Shown here piece after piece: positions 1 to 12,110 of a stretch of DNA of 64,000 nucleotides. Position numbers and translations under genes: made by a program. The stretch comes from Malacoraja senta (taxonomy: Eukaryota), in the NCBI GenBank assembly GCA_038087875.1, contig JAXLNO010000395.1:62001-126000 (forward strand), given 5' to 3'. The notes beneath the pieces are model-generated. The model saw only the letters and a list, made by a program, of their open reading frames with translations. It had not been told where the DNA came from and searched no databases. How positions within the stretch are numbered: position 1 is the stretch's first letter; each line of letters starts with the position of its first letter.

Positions 1-2140
1 TAGTGAAGAAATAAAACAAATAATAAACTCATTGAAAATTGGGAAGACCCCAGAACCAGACGGTTTTAGTAATGAATTTTATAAATGCTTTCAGGAGTCA
101 CTTGTACCAAGATTACTCAACTTATACACGCAGGCTTATACCAAAAATAAACTACCAGAAACTTTAGCAGAATCAACAATAACGCTTATACCAAAAAAAG
201 ATAAAGATTTAGATGAACCGGGTTCTTACAGAGCTATATCACTTTTAAATACGGATCAGAAAATTTTAGCAAAGATTCTAGCAAGAAGACTGAGTAATTA
301 TATTAATAAATTGGTAAACCCGGATCAAACGGGATTTATACCCAAAAGACATTCATTTAATAACTTGAGAAGGCTTTTCAATATAATGTACTCTCACAAA
401 GAGGACATTGAAGATATTTCAGTCGTTACGCTGGATGCAGAGAAGGCATTTGATCAGGTAGAATGGCAGTATTTATACAAGGTACTTGAAAAATTTAATA
501 CGGGAGAGAATTTTATTAGATGGGTTAAACTACTTTATGATAAACCTACGGCAAGAATATTAACTAACAATAGGTTATTTTCAAAATTTTATTTATCAAG
601 GGGTAATAGGCAGGGTTGTGCCTTATCACCATTGCTATTTGCCCTTATGATAGAACCGCTGGCTGAAAGGATTAGAAATCATCCGAATATTCACGGATAT
701 AATACCAAGGACTCAAAGAATAAAATTTCATTATATGCTGATGATATTCTTTTATATATTACTAATACACAAACGAGTATTCCCACCTTATTAACACTAA
801 TTGAGGAATTTGGTTCTTTTTCAGGATATAGAATAAACTGGAATAAAAGCGAAATCATGTCTTTAAAACCACAGGATGCGAGACACTTATTAAAATTCCC
901 TTTCAAAATTGCAACAGAAAAATTCAAGTATTTAGGTATTCAAATTACGAGAAGACACAAATCATTATTTAGCGCCAATTTTATGCCACTATTAAATAAA
1001 TTGAATGTTATGATTAAATTTTGGAAAAAACGCTCCCACTCATTGATAGGTAGAATTAATGCTATAAAAATGACTTTCTTACCACAATTAATATATTTGT
1101 TTCAAGCGATCCCAATATATATTCCGAAATATTTTTTCAAAAAACTAGATTCTAATATCACTAATTTTATATGGGATTATAGAGCACACAGAATTCAACG
1201 AAAGCATTTGTGTAAACCTAAAGAAGCTGGGGGTTTATCACTACCTAACTTTACATATTACTACTGGGCAGTGCATATTAAGAACATAATGTACTGGTTG
1301 GATAGTTCCACTCACCAGTCGCAGTGGATAAGAATGGAAAAAGAGGAGTGTTTCCCGTACGATATAGGAACGATCTTGTTCTCACCAATAAAATTGAAAA
1401 GTATAATATATAAGAAGAACCCAATTATTCACAATACAATAAGAATTTGGAAACAAATAAAATTATCCTTGAAATTAAATAATCTATCAGTATTAACCCC
1501 AATTCTGAATAATCCTGCATTCAAACCATCTCTTATCGACATAACATATACACAATGGGATAGATTGGGGATTGGGAAAGTAGATATGTATGAACTGGGC
1601 AAATTGTTATCATTTCAACAATTAAAATTAAAATTTAAACGGAATGATAATCAATATTTTAAATATATACAGATATGTGACTTTATGAAGAAATATATAC
1701 ATAGATCTCAAACTATATTTTTAGACCCTTTAGAAGCAATGAATATTAAGGCTGATTCAGAAAAACTAATATCATATTTTTATAATAGTATATTAAATAG
1801 AGAATTACCCTCAACAGAGGCACTAAGAGAAGATTGGGAACATGAACTAATGTTAAAGATCCCGAAAGATAAATGGGAAAAGTATCTGATGAATACACAT
1901 AATTGTTGCATTAATGCAAGACATAATTTAATTCAATTTAAATTATTACATAGACTATATTATTCAAAAACGAGGTTGAATAAATTTTACCCAAATGTCT
2001 CTCCCAGATGCGATAAATGTATGTTTCAAAATGCCAATATAACACATTCATTTGTAGGATGTACAAAGTTGAATACATTTTGGAGCGATATATTTGATAT
2101 ATTTACAAAGCTCTTCAAGTCAAGAATAGAACCTAATATA
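1..2140 (+). mobile_element. L1-clade LINE, ORF2 RT plus C-terminal CCHC region (partial; begins outside window, 3' end lost)
   Basis: ORF 32-2152 has non-LTR RT motifs (YRAISLLNTDQKILAK, LDAEKAFD, RQGCALSPLLF, LYADD, KYLGI) and CDKC...HSFVGC. It is homologous to the L1 copies at 25.5-29.5 kb and 52.2-58.6 kb. Confidence 0.95.
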
Positions 2141-3733
2141 GTGAGAACATAGTGGCCGTGCGTTTAACTTTGTGACTCGTGATTCGACCGTGGGAACTCT
2201 TTTTAGAAACAATAATCAGGGACAGAAATATCAGTTACTTAGACTTTTTAAAGACAAATTCTGCTTAACAAAGTTAAGCAAGTTATTGATAAGGTGACAG
2301 ACTGGGTTGAAAAGAAAAAATTGCTTGAAGTTTATATATAAATTTGTGTTGTGTTGTGTTGAAAAGCTTTTTGCTGATCCGTTTGATTCTCACTGTTTGT
2401 TTACTTCATTGCACAATAAAAGAGAGTTCTTTGCTATCAAGATCAAATTGATGTCTGGAAGTCTTCATTTTAATATCACTACAAAGTCTCATGACTTGAA
2501 TGTAATATTCCTTTCATCATAAAACACAAAATAGAGGAAGGCAAAATATATTCACATCTTGATTCTCACAATCATTTGTGAGATTTAAGGACAGCTGCCT
2601 CATATGCTGTGCTTTTTAAATGTTTAAAATTGTCCCCTCTCAGTAGATCAGAAAATAAGACAAAGTCTTATGTGAAACAAATGTCTTGAATGTGAAACAA
2701 AGTCTTTATTCTTGTTCAATATAAAAAACGCTTTTTTGCGCATATTGAGAAATATGCGTAATTTCCTGCAAACCCATATCACGGTGAAGCACCACAGCAA
2801 ACAACGCAGTGGTCTGAAAAAGGGCTTCTCATACATGAAAATCAACAAATGAAGCACAAATAAAAGTATTTCCACTATATACTAATTCAGCTGAGAAATG
2901 CACTAGTCTAAATTCCGACAATAAAAGATACAATGCAATGCGCTAAATGACAAGTTTTGAGATCTACAATCAGATAAGTAGATGCATGATAACCACGTTT
3001 TAAAAGAAAGACAGATGCAATGAAATTACTTTTACACCACAATAAAAAATAAAATCCACACTTAAAGTTAAACAATGAAAAGTCAGCAGGATTTAAACTA
3101 AACATGAAATTAACTGGATTTTTCTGCATGTGGGCTCTCCTCATGCAGTGATGTACCTGTGGTCGGCAGCCGCTTAAAATAAGCTGTCCTGCCATGGCAC
3201 ACTGCCCAATTCTGAATTATAGTAGGAGCAGAGATGGTCTCTCTGCTCTTTTGCACTGTTGGTCCCCGTGTTACCTCGAAAACACTGCAGTGGCACCAAA
3301 GTCTCGTCGTTTGTACCACTCCTCCACGCACCTAGTGTTATTCTCCCTGTTTAACTGTCCACTAAGTCACCGTGCTGCATGGCTGTCGCTGATCCTGAAG
3401 CTGCACCTCTGATACGGATCAGGTTGTGCAGAACACATGCAGCAAACACAATAGTCTCTACGTTCTTTGGCTGGCATGACATCATTTTTTTAACGTGTGA
3501 TGATTTTTCAACACTTCGATATACATTGTTGCCTCAAGATTAACGGGAGAGGAACTTGGTACACTCGGGAGACGAACTTGGAACATCGCAGAAATGAGAA
3601 GTAAATGGCAAACTTAGACATACCCGTGGGTACTCGGTTAAACTCTGGATCATAAACTTGTAGTCTCGTACGCAACCATGAGTCTTTCACTCGGGGTCAC
3701 TCGTGGGTCAACTCGCACAGTGAGACAGACCTA
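2141..3733 (-). mobile_element. PIF/Harbinger DNA transposon derivative (one TIR retained)
   Basis: Reverse-complement homolog of 31355-33760. The TIR is at ~3690-3733 followed by TAA, and a transposase C-terminal remnant lies inside. Confidence 0.85.
3174..3477 (-). pseudogene. Harbinger (HARBI1-like) DDE transposase C-terminal remnant
   Basis: Manual minus-strand translation gives ...NVETIVFAACVLHNLIR...AKEQRDHLCSYYNSELGSVPWQDSLF*, matching the xCVLHN...GSVPWQ tail of Harbinger transposases. It contains an internal stop. Confidence 0.8.
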
Positions 3734-4062
3734 TAACGGGCTAGGCTTTCGACAAGAGCTAGCCATGACCTCAACTCACAAAAAAAAAAGCAAATAAAAA
3801 CTGGTAAACAAAATAAATCGCTGTAAACAGACGCGGGGAAGACCCGATTATCTGACAACATGTAAAGTGTCCAGACTCACACAGGTTGAAACACAAACAT
3901 CTTTATTGTTCAGGTCATTAACTACTAAGCAGGACATCACACGTTCACACTGCTACTCTGACTGCTAGACAGTGGGTAGGATCTTACACTATAAATGTTA
4001 TAATTAGGCGGGGTTATAATTACCAAGCATTCTGATTGGCTAACATGCTATAGCCAATCCAC

Positions 4063-4907
4063 AGAAATGAAATGAAATGAGTAGTTTGGCCTGCCTGAAA
4101 CCACTAATTTCAGCCCACAAGGCACCTATAAGCCGAGAAACCAGTCCCTTTTTCCCAAAATGCCCATATTAGACCAGGAGGAGCATTTTGGCCAAAAAGG
4201 CCCATGCCAGGCCTGGAAAAGTCCATAAAAAGTGCCTTTCACGGAGATTTCACTCAATTTTTTTTAAAGAGCCCCTTCGTCCCATCAGAGCTTTACTAGC
4301 CCAGGAGGAGTCCCTTCAGCCCATCAGTAAGTATTCCCCCTGCAAATATTAAACCTCACCCTAGTATGTTTCTCCCTCCCTTCATTGGCTCCCCGTGAGA
4401 TCCAGGCCAGGATAGACTTTCCTCCTTCATTGCTGTGATCTGCAGAAAAAGATCAAAAATGTCTACAATTAATTCTCCACCCTCACCCACTTCTCTCTCT
4501 CACAAAGTCTCTCACCTGTTTTGGGCAGAATTTCTGGCAGTTTCTGAGCTGCCAGTCCACCAGGCCTGAGTAACTGAGCTGCCAGCCCATCAGGCCTGAG
4601 TGACTGAGCTGCCAGCCCACCAGGCATGAGTGACTGAGCTGCCAGGCCACCAGGCCTGAGTGACTGAGCTGCCAGCCCACCAGGCCTGAGTGACTGCCAG
4701 CCCAAGAATCCATTCGGCATACAATGTCCATACTAGCCCTCTGGAAACCAGTCCCATTGGCCCACAACACCCATACAAGCGCTTCAGAAAGCCCCACCCC
4801 CTCCCCACTGGCCACCAATATTGGAATTGGTGGAGAGGTGGAATATTGCATTGGGGGACCAGCCCTCCCGTGTGAACATGGGACCCAATGGGTCCCACTT
4901 AGTCTAT
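4063..4907 (+). mobile_element. Non-autonomous Helitron, 3' portion
   Basis: Ends with hairpin GGGACCC-AAT-GGGTCCC then ACTTAGTCTAT (degenerate CTAG). The 3' ~250 bp is homologous to 50900-51165. The 5' boundary is uncertain. Confidence 0.7.
4545..4700. repeat. 30-bp minisatellite, ~5 copies
   Basis: Unit approx. GAGCTGCCAGCCCACCAGGCCTGAGTGACT, inside the Helitron derivative. Confidence 0.95.
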
Positions 4908-5174
4908 TTACTTATAGACGTTTCCATAGGGGATGATGGGAGTGTTGAAGGAAGTTCTCGATTCATATTATCAAGGAGTGATGGAGCTGATGGAGAAGAC
5001 GGACATGGTGTAAGGTCACGAAGTGAGACAGTTGACTGACGTCCATCCTGATTCTTGATAGTTGCATAAGAAGGGTTGACATCAGTAAGTTCAACTTCAT
5101 CAACAAAAGGCTCATTCTTATTTGATCGGACATACCGACGAAGCAACACAGGCCCAGAGCTAGTCAACCATGAT

Positions 5175-8100
5175 AGAAACATAGACATAGAAACATAGAA
5201 AATAGGTGCAGGAGGAGGCCATTCGGCCCTTCGAGCCAGCACTGCCAGTCATTGTGATCATGGCTGATCGTCCCCTATCAATAACCCATGCCTGCCATCT
5301 CCCCATATCCCTTGACTCCACTAGCCCCTAGAGCTCTATCTAACTCTCTCTTAAATCCATCCAGTGATTTGGCCTCCACTGCCCTCTGTGGCAGGGAATT
5401 CCATAAATTCACAACTCTCTGGGTGAGAACGTTTTTTCTCACCTCAGTATTAAATGACCTCCCCTTTATTCTAAGACTGTGGCCCCTGGTTCTGTACTCG
5501 CCCAACATTGGGAACATTTTTCCTGCATCTAGCTTGTCCAGTCCTTTTATAATTTTATATGTTTCTATAAGATAACCCCTCATCCTTCTAAACTCCTGTG
5601 AATACAAGCCTACTCTTTTCAATCTTTCCTCATATGGCAGTCCCGCCATCCCAGGGATCAATCTCGTGAACCTACGCTGCACTGCCTCAATCACAAGGAT
5701 GTCCATTCTCAAATTAGGAGACCAAAACTGTACACAATACTCCAGATGTGGTCTAACCAGAGCCCTGTACAACTGCAGAAGAACCTCTTTACTCGTATAC
5801 TGAAATCCTCTTGTTATGAAGGCCAAAATTCCATTAGCTTTCTTCACTGCCTGCTGTACTTGCACGCCAACTTTCAGTGACCGGTGTACAAGGACACCCA
5901 GGTCTCGCTGTACCTCGCCCTTACCTAACCTAATCCCATTGAGATAATAATTGCCCCCTTGTTTTTGCCACCAAAGTGGATAACCTCACATTTATCTATA
6001 TTATACTGCATCTGCCACGCATCTGCCCACTCACTCAACCTGTCAAGGTCACCCTGCAACCTCCTAACATCCTCTTCACAGTTCACACTGCCACCCAGCT
6101 TAGTGTCATCCACAAACTTGCTAGTGTTGCTCCTAATTCCCTCTACCAAATCATTAATATATATGGTAAACAGTTGCGGCCCCAACACCGAGCCTTGTGG
6201 CACTCCACTCGCCACTGCCTGCCATTCTGAAAAGGACCCATTCACTCCTACTCTTTGCTTCCGGTCTGCCAACCAATTTTCTATCCATGTCAACACCCTA
6301 CCCCCAATACCATGTGCTCTAATTTTAGTCACCAGTCTCCCGTGTGGGACCTTATCAAAGGCTTTCTGAAAGTCTAGATACACTACATCCACTGGATCCC
6401 CTTCATCCATTTTACTTGTCACATCCTCAAAAAACTCCAGAAGATTGGTCAAGCATGATTTCCCTTTAATAAATCCATGTTGACTTGGACTAATCCTTTT
6501 ACCGCTCTCCAAATGCCCCATTATTACCTCTTTAATAATTGACTCCAGCATCTTTCCCACCACCGAAGTCAGGCAAACTGGTCTGTAATTCCCCGTTTTC
6601 TTTCTCGCTATTCTTATTATTATCCTGCAATCCACAGGAACTAATCCTGAATCTATTGAACATTGGAAAATTATCACCAATGCGTCCACTATTTCTAGAG
6701 CCACCTCCCTGAGGACCCTGGGATGCAGACCATCAGGCCCAGGGGATTTATCATCCTTCAGTCCCATTAGCCTACCCAATACTATTTCTCGCCTAATGAA
6801 AATTTCTTTCAGTTCCTCTACCCCCTTAGATCCTCTGTCCTCCAATACATCTGGGAGATTGTTTGCGTCTTCCTAAGTGAAGACAGATCCGAAGTACCTA
6901 TTCAACTCTTCTGCCATTTCCTTGTTGCCCATAATAATTTCACCCGTGTCTGCCTTCAAGGGACCCACATTTGACTTTGCTACTCTTATTCCCTTAACAT
7001 ATCTAAAGAAGCTTTTACTGTCCTTCTTTATGTTCCTGGCCAGCTTCCCCTCGTACTTCATCTTTTCAGCCCGTATTGCCCGTTTTGTTTCCTTATGTTG
7101 TTCTATGAAAGTTTCCCAATCCTCTGGCTTCCGGCTACTCTTTGCTGTGTTATACATCTTTTCTTTTAGTTTTATTCTATCCCTAACTTCTCTTGTCAGC
7201 CACGGTTGCCTCCCACTCCCCTTAGAATCTTTCTTCCTTTTTTGAATGAAATGATCCTGCGTCTCCCAGATTATGCCCAGAAATTCCTGCCATTGCTGTT
7301 CCACCGTCATTCCTGCTAGGATCCCTTTCCAGTCTACTTTGGCCAGCTCCCCTCTCATGCCTTCATAGTCCCCTTTGTTCAACTGCATCACTGCCACTTC
7401 CGATTTAACGTTCTCCTTCTCAAATTGCAGGTTAAAACTAATCATATTATGATCACTACCTCCAAGCGGTTCCTTTACCTCGAGTTCTCTTATCATATCT
7501 GGTTCATTGGACAACACTAAATCCAGAATTGACTTTTCTCTGGTCGGCTCCATTACAAGCTGCTCTAAGAATCCATCTCGGAGGCATTCTACATACTCTC
7601 TATCTTGGGGTCCTGAACCAACCTGATTTACCCAGTCTACCTGCATATTGAAATCCCCCATCACCACAGTGGCATTACCTTTGTTACATGCCAGTTTTAA
7701 CTCCTGCTGCAACTTACACCCTACATCCGGGCTACTATTTGGGGGTCTGTAAATAACACCAATTAGTGTCTTCTTGCCTTTACAATTCCTCAACTCAATC
7801 CACATTGACTCTACCTCGTCAATCCCTATGTCTTCCCTCGCAAGGGACTGAATTCCATCCCTCACCAGCAGAGCTACCCCCCCCCCTCCTCTGCCCACCT
7901 GCCTGTCCTTTCTATAGGATGTATAACCCTGAATATTAAGTTCCCAGGCCCGATTCTCCTGCAGCCACGTCTCAGTAATCCTCACAATGTCATATCTAAC
8001 AACCTCTAACTGAGCCTCAAGCTCATCTACTTTACTTCTTATACTTCGCGCATTCATATACAATACTTTTAATTCCTTACGCATCTCACCTTTCACATCG

Positions 8101-8545
8101 ATCCCTATTACACTTGGCCATACTCTCCTATCCCTTTGTGAACTTCCTTTCCCGTTAATTCTGGGGTCATTAACCATTCCTTTACTCTCTTTCCCTTTAA
8201 CTCCATCCTCGACTATCCCATTTGACACCCCACCCCCCTTATTCAGTTTAAAACCACCCGTGTAGCAGTGGCAAACCTGCCTGCCAGAATGCTGGTCCCA
8301 CACCTGTTAAGATGCAATCCGTCCCTTTTGTACAATTCCCCCTTACTCCAAAACAGATCCCAGTGGTCTAAGAATCTAAATCCCTGCCCCTTGCACCAGT
8401 TCCTCAGCCACACATTCAGGTCCTGTATCTCCCTGTTCCTGCTCTCGCCTGCACGAGGAACTGGAAGCAAACTGGAGACAACAACCCTGGAGGTCCTGCT
8501 TTTCAGCATTTTTCCGAGCTCTCTAAAGTCACGCTGCAGAATATT
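5175..8545 (-). mobile_element. CR1-clade LINE, 5'-truncated within ORF1
   Basis: APE and RT ORF fragments (8303-6873, 6845-5925, 5865-5278), esterase ORF1 end at 8548-8243, and a (CATAGAAA)n tail at 5175-5200. Flanked by CATGAT at 5169-5174 and 8546-8551. Confidence 0.95.
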
Positions 8546-8905
8546 CATGATGGCAGAGAAGTATCACTAGAAGAATGCCGTTTGTTGTTAAAGAACCGTT
8601 CATGTGGAGTAGTGTTGGTAGCAGTTGATAGTAGAGATCTGATGGAGTGTAATGCATCTGGTAGAACACATTCCCACTGCTGATCTGGTATGTCATTCGA
8701 CTTTAAAGACAGTTTTACTGCTTTCCAAATGATTCGGTTATACCTCTCAACCTGACAATTTCCAATAGGATGATATGGTGTTGTTTTACTTGTTGCAATT
8801 CCTCTATTAGAAAGGTAGTCCTTTAAATATTTTGACATGAATGAGGTGCCCTGATCAGAATGTATGTAACTTGGAAATCCACAGAATGAAAACAGTTGAT
8901 CTAAA

Positions 8906-9022
8906 GGTCTGAAGAAGGGTTTCTTTGCCTTTTTCCTTTGCTCCATAGATGCTGCTGCACCCACTGAGTTTCTCCAGCACTTTTGTCTACCTTCGATTTT
9001 CCAGCATCTGCAGTTCCTTCTT
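8906..9022 (+). mobile_element. Penelope-like element terminal fragment
   Basis: CTGAAGAAGGG...GATGCTGC...CTGAGTTTCTCCAGCA...CAGCATCTGCAGTTCC, flanked by the 16-bp duplication AAACAGTTGATCTAAA (8890-8905, 9023-9038). Confidence 0.8.
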
Positions 9023-10217
9023 AAACAGTTGATCTAAACATTTGATAACCGTAGCAGCTGACATATTTGTACAAGGAAAGGCAAATGGAAACGTTGAATA
9101 TTCATCAACTATGGTAAGTATATAAACATTTCGAGAGGAGGATGGTAAAGGCCCTTTGAAGTCAATACTCAAACGTTCCATAGGTTGAGTAGCTTTGATC
9201 AAACTTCCATCTTCAGGACGGAAGAACCTTGGTTTTAATTCAACACAGATTCCACATGAATCACACGTCATCTTCTGTAGAGAAAGGTAAGTTTTGGGAC
9301 AAACATAGTGTAACATACGAGTGACTCCAGGATGACACAGCCCATTGTGAAGATCAGTGAGTGCAGAAGAATGAACAGAGGCACAAAGTGCTCAAGTTAA
9401 TGTATCTGGAGCAACATTATCCTTACCAGGGAATTGAATAACTATATGCAGATAATTCAATCCTCCATTCATGAATTTTGCTATTTTTAATCTGTTCGTT
9501 TCCGATTATCCAGCATAAAAGCTACTGAATGCTGATCTGTTATCAAAGTGAAGTGCTGGCGAGCAAGGAAATGACTCCATTTTCTCATTGCTTCAATAAT
9601 TGCTGCAGCTTCCTTTTCGACAGGTGGGTAGTGCAATTCACTACCTTGGAGAGTAAGAGACATGAAAGCCACTGGTCGTCATCCTTGATTTAGTATTGCT
9701 GATACTGCTAAATCACATTCAACAACAAAGGGGAGATCCTCATCGATGCCATGTAATGTCGCAGATTCTAATTGTTTCTTCAAAGAAGTAAAGGCACCAA
9801 TTGCTGTAGAGTCAATAGGGAAAGATTTTGATCTAATCAAAGGTTGGATTTTGTCAGAAAAAGTTGGTATCCATTTAGCATAATATGCAAACATAACAAG
9901 AACCCTTCGTAGAGAGTTTAATGTAGCTAGAACAGGTATATCTTGGAGTGAGCGGAGTCTTTCTGGATCAGGCTTGATTATATCATTACCAACCCAATAA
10001 CCAAGAATATTAATTGATGACACTGATGCTATTGACAGCCTCATTTAATGTTAGATATATAGAATGTACAACTTCAAAAAACCGTTGTACATTTTCGTCA
10101 TGTTCAGCTTGGTCTTTTCCTGCAATAGTTATATTATCAAGATAAGGGAAAGTATCTTTAAGGTTTTCCTGTTCAACAAGTTTGTCCATCTCTCTCTGAA
10201 AAACAGCCACACAATTA

Positions 10218-10912
10218 AGGGCCTGTCCCACTTACGTGTCCTTGGCACGCAAATTACACGACCTCGTGGTCGCGTTGAGCTGCGATGGTCCCGCGAAGGT
10301 CGGGCGCGATTACATGCGTACGCACAGCCGTCTGGAGCGCGTGACGTCATTTGAAGATGGACACTAAGCTGGAGTAACTCAGCAGGACCGGCAGCATCTC
10401 TGGAGAGAAGCAATGGGTAACGTTTCGTGTCGAGACTCTTCTTCAGTCTGAAAAGAAGGGTCTTGACCCGAAACATCATCCATTGCTTCTCTCCAGAGAT
10501 GCTGCCGGTCCCGTTGAGTTACTCCAGCATTTTGTGTCTATCTTCAATTTTCTTAGCCGCGCTCTGGGAGTTGAAGTGGGGGCGGATCCGGACCGCAGCG
10601 GCCGTGAGCCCCAGGCTGAGCTCAGCGATCGTTTGCCTGCTTCTGCTGCTGTTGAAGGTGAGAAGTTGTGTCGCGCCAGGCTCTTGGGCCTGTCCCACTT
10701 TGGCCGTCAGTTCCTCGACAGGCCGTTGGCGCTTGAAGATTTTGTTCACCACAAAAATTTCGGAGCCCCGTGCGATGTGGCACACAACTACATACCCCTC
10801 CGCGCTTCTAAGTGGGACCAGCCCCGCGCGGCCATACGATGCGTGTGCGCCTCAACACGACCACGAGGTCGCGTAATTTGCGTGCCAAGGACACGTAAGT
10901 GGGACAGGCCCT
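10218..10912. mobile_element. Harbinger-type MITE
   Basis: ~60-bp TIRs AGGGCCTGTCCCACTTACGTGTCCTTGGCACGCAAATTAC..., with a 3-bp TTA TSD. Removing the element and one TTA restores the Gypsy RT frame (PFGVINCVAVFQR). Confidence 0.9.
10352..10548. mobile_element. Penelope-like palindromic (inverted pLTR) insertion inside the MITE
   Basis: Arms of ~95 bp inverted about ~10447, each ending in a CTGAAGA..GAAAC hammerhead-like core. Confidence 0.8.
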
Positions 10913-11286
10913 TTAATTACACCAAAAGGAACTCTGCAGTAGTGGTATAATTTCCCATTTGCTTCAAACGCAATGTATTTCTTCTTTCTTTCAAAGGAAT
11001 TTGTTCGTAAGCAATTTTTACGTCAAAAGTAGATAATATCTTATACTTAGCTAATGTATTGATAATAGTAAGATTAAACGAGAACTTACCAGTTTGAAGT
11101 TTGATCTTTATTTTATGAGTAACGTTGGTGATTACGTGAAGAACCCCGTCCAGTCCGCATGCGCATCAATCTTCAAAGCAGCGGTATGAAATCACAGATA
11201 ACAGAAGATCGAAGTAACATAGTAAGATCAGCAACTTGAGAACTACCAGATGACATTTGTGAGAGAGGGTTGGGAGTGGCGGGCTT

Positions 11287-11396
11287 GTAATCACCAACAT
11301 TACTCCTCATAAAATAATGATCAAACTTCAAACTGGTAAGTTCTCGATTAATCTTACTATTTTACTTCGGAGTCACGTGAGTGATTCCGTGAAGAA
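11287..11396 (+). other. DIRS internal complementary region (ICR)
   Basis: 11287-11358 is the reverse complement of 11067-11135, followed by ATT. 11362-11396 (TTACTTCGGAGTCACGTGAGTGATTCCGTGAAGAA) is the reverse complement of 20070-20104. Confidence 0.9.
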
Positions 11397-11619
11397 TTCA
11401 AAGCTCTGTGATTTCATGCCGTAGATTCAATTCCGGCGTCATACTGCATTGATCGACTCAGATTGAGTGAATAAAAATGCATTAAGCATGACATTGATTT
11501 CAACGTATTCACGACTTTCTTAATAATGCAAGCAATAGCAACCCCTCTATCCCAGGGGAAACTATGAAACCTGAACTCAAACAGAAATGGACAAATAGCC
11601 CCTGGTCGGCAATCGATTT

Positions 11620-11790
11620 TATGGTAGAATTTTGCAAACAGACAATTCACCTGACCATCGCGCGGCCACGACGATATGATCGTTGGGGACACCCATTACC
11701 CTGCCTGCTCACGCCGATGCCGCCCTGGTGGAAAGGGATCTAAAACTGTCAGTGTAAATACCCGCATAATCCAGAACCAATGCTAATTCC
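11620..11790 (-). pseudogene. Tyrosine recombinase C-terminal remnant
   Basis: Manual translation LDYAGIYTDSFRSLSTRAASA*AGRVMGVPNDHIVVAARWS..(frameshift)FAKFYHK matches the DIRS YR pattern HSTRAAS...AGWS...F..FY. Confidence 0.75.
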
Positions 11791-12110
11791 ACACCTCTTA
11801 GGTTCTGGTGGCATTGATATCATATAACTAGTGTGCCCTTCCCATGGACGTGATTCCATGGGGTATGCCAAAATATGATCTTAAACCCTTCTCACCCCTG
11901 GTCTGCTCTGCTTCAGTAGATGAGATATATGAAACATAATGGCATCTCCAGCCTCTTCCATCCTGTCTAGCCGTAACTTTTGCACTGTCTGCACTCATTG
12001 TGTTGACACTCGTGCCATGACTAAGGATGTAGCTGAAACCACCTGGTGAAGCATTGTTAACACAACGTCAACCCATACTGCGTGTGCTTGTCCTAGGAGA
12101 ACTTGTGTTA

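Noticed and set aside
3861..4062. Solo LTR or the 3' LTR of the 4.9-21.9 kb Gypsy (TG...CA, minus-strand AATAAA)
   Set aside because: No matching TSD and no visible similarity to 21647-21876. Left unassigned.
5288..7245. Antisense ORFs recurring opposite CR1 RT (also at 12.9, 22.7, 47.4 and 60.5 kb)
   Set aside because: They are shadow frames of the same repeated RT sequence. Recurrence reflects copy homology.
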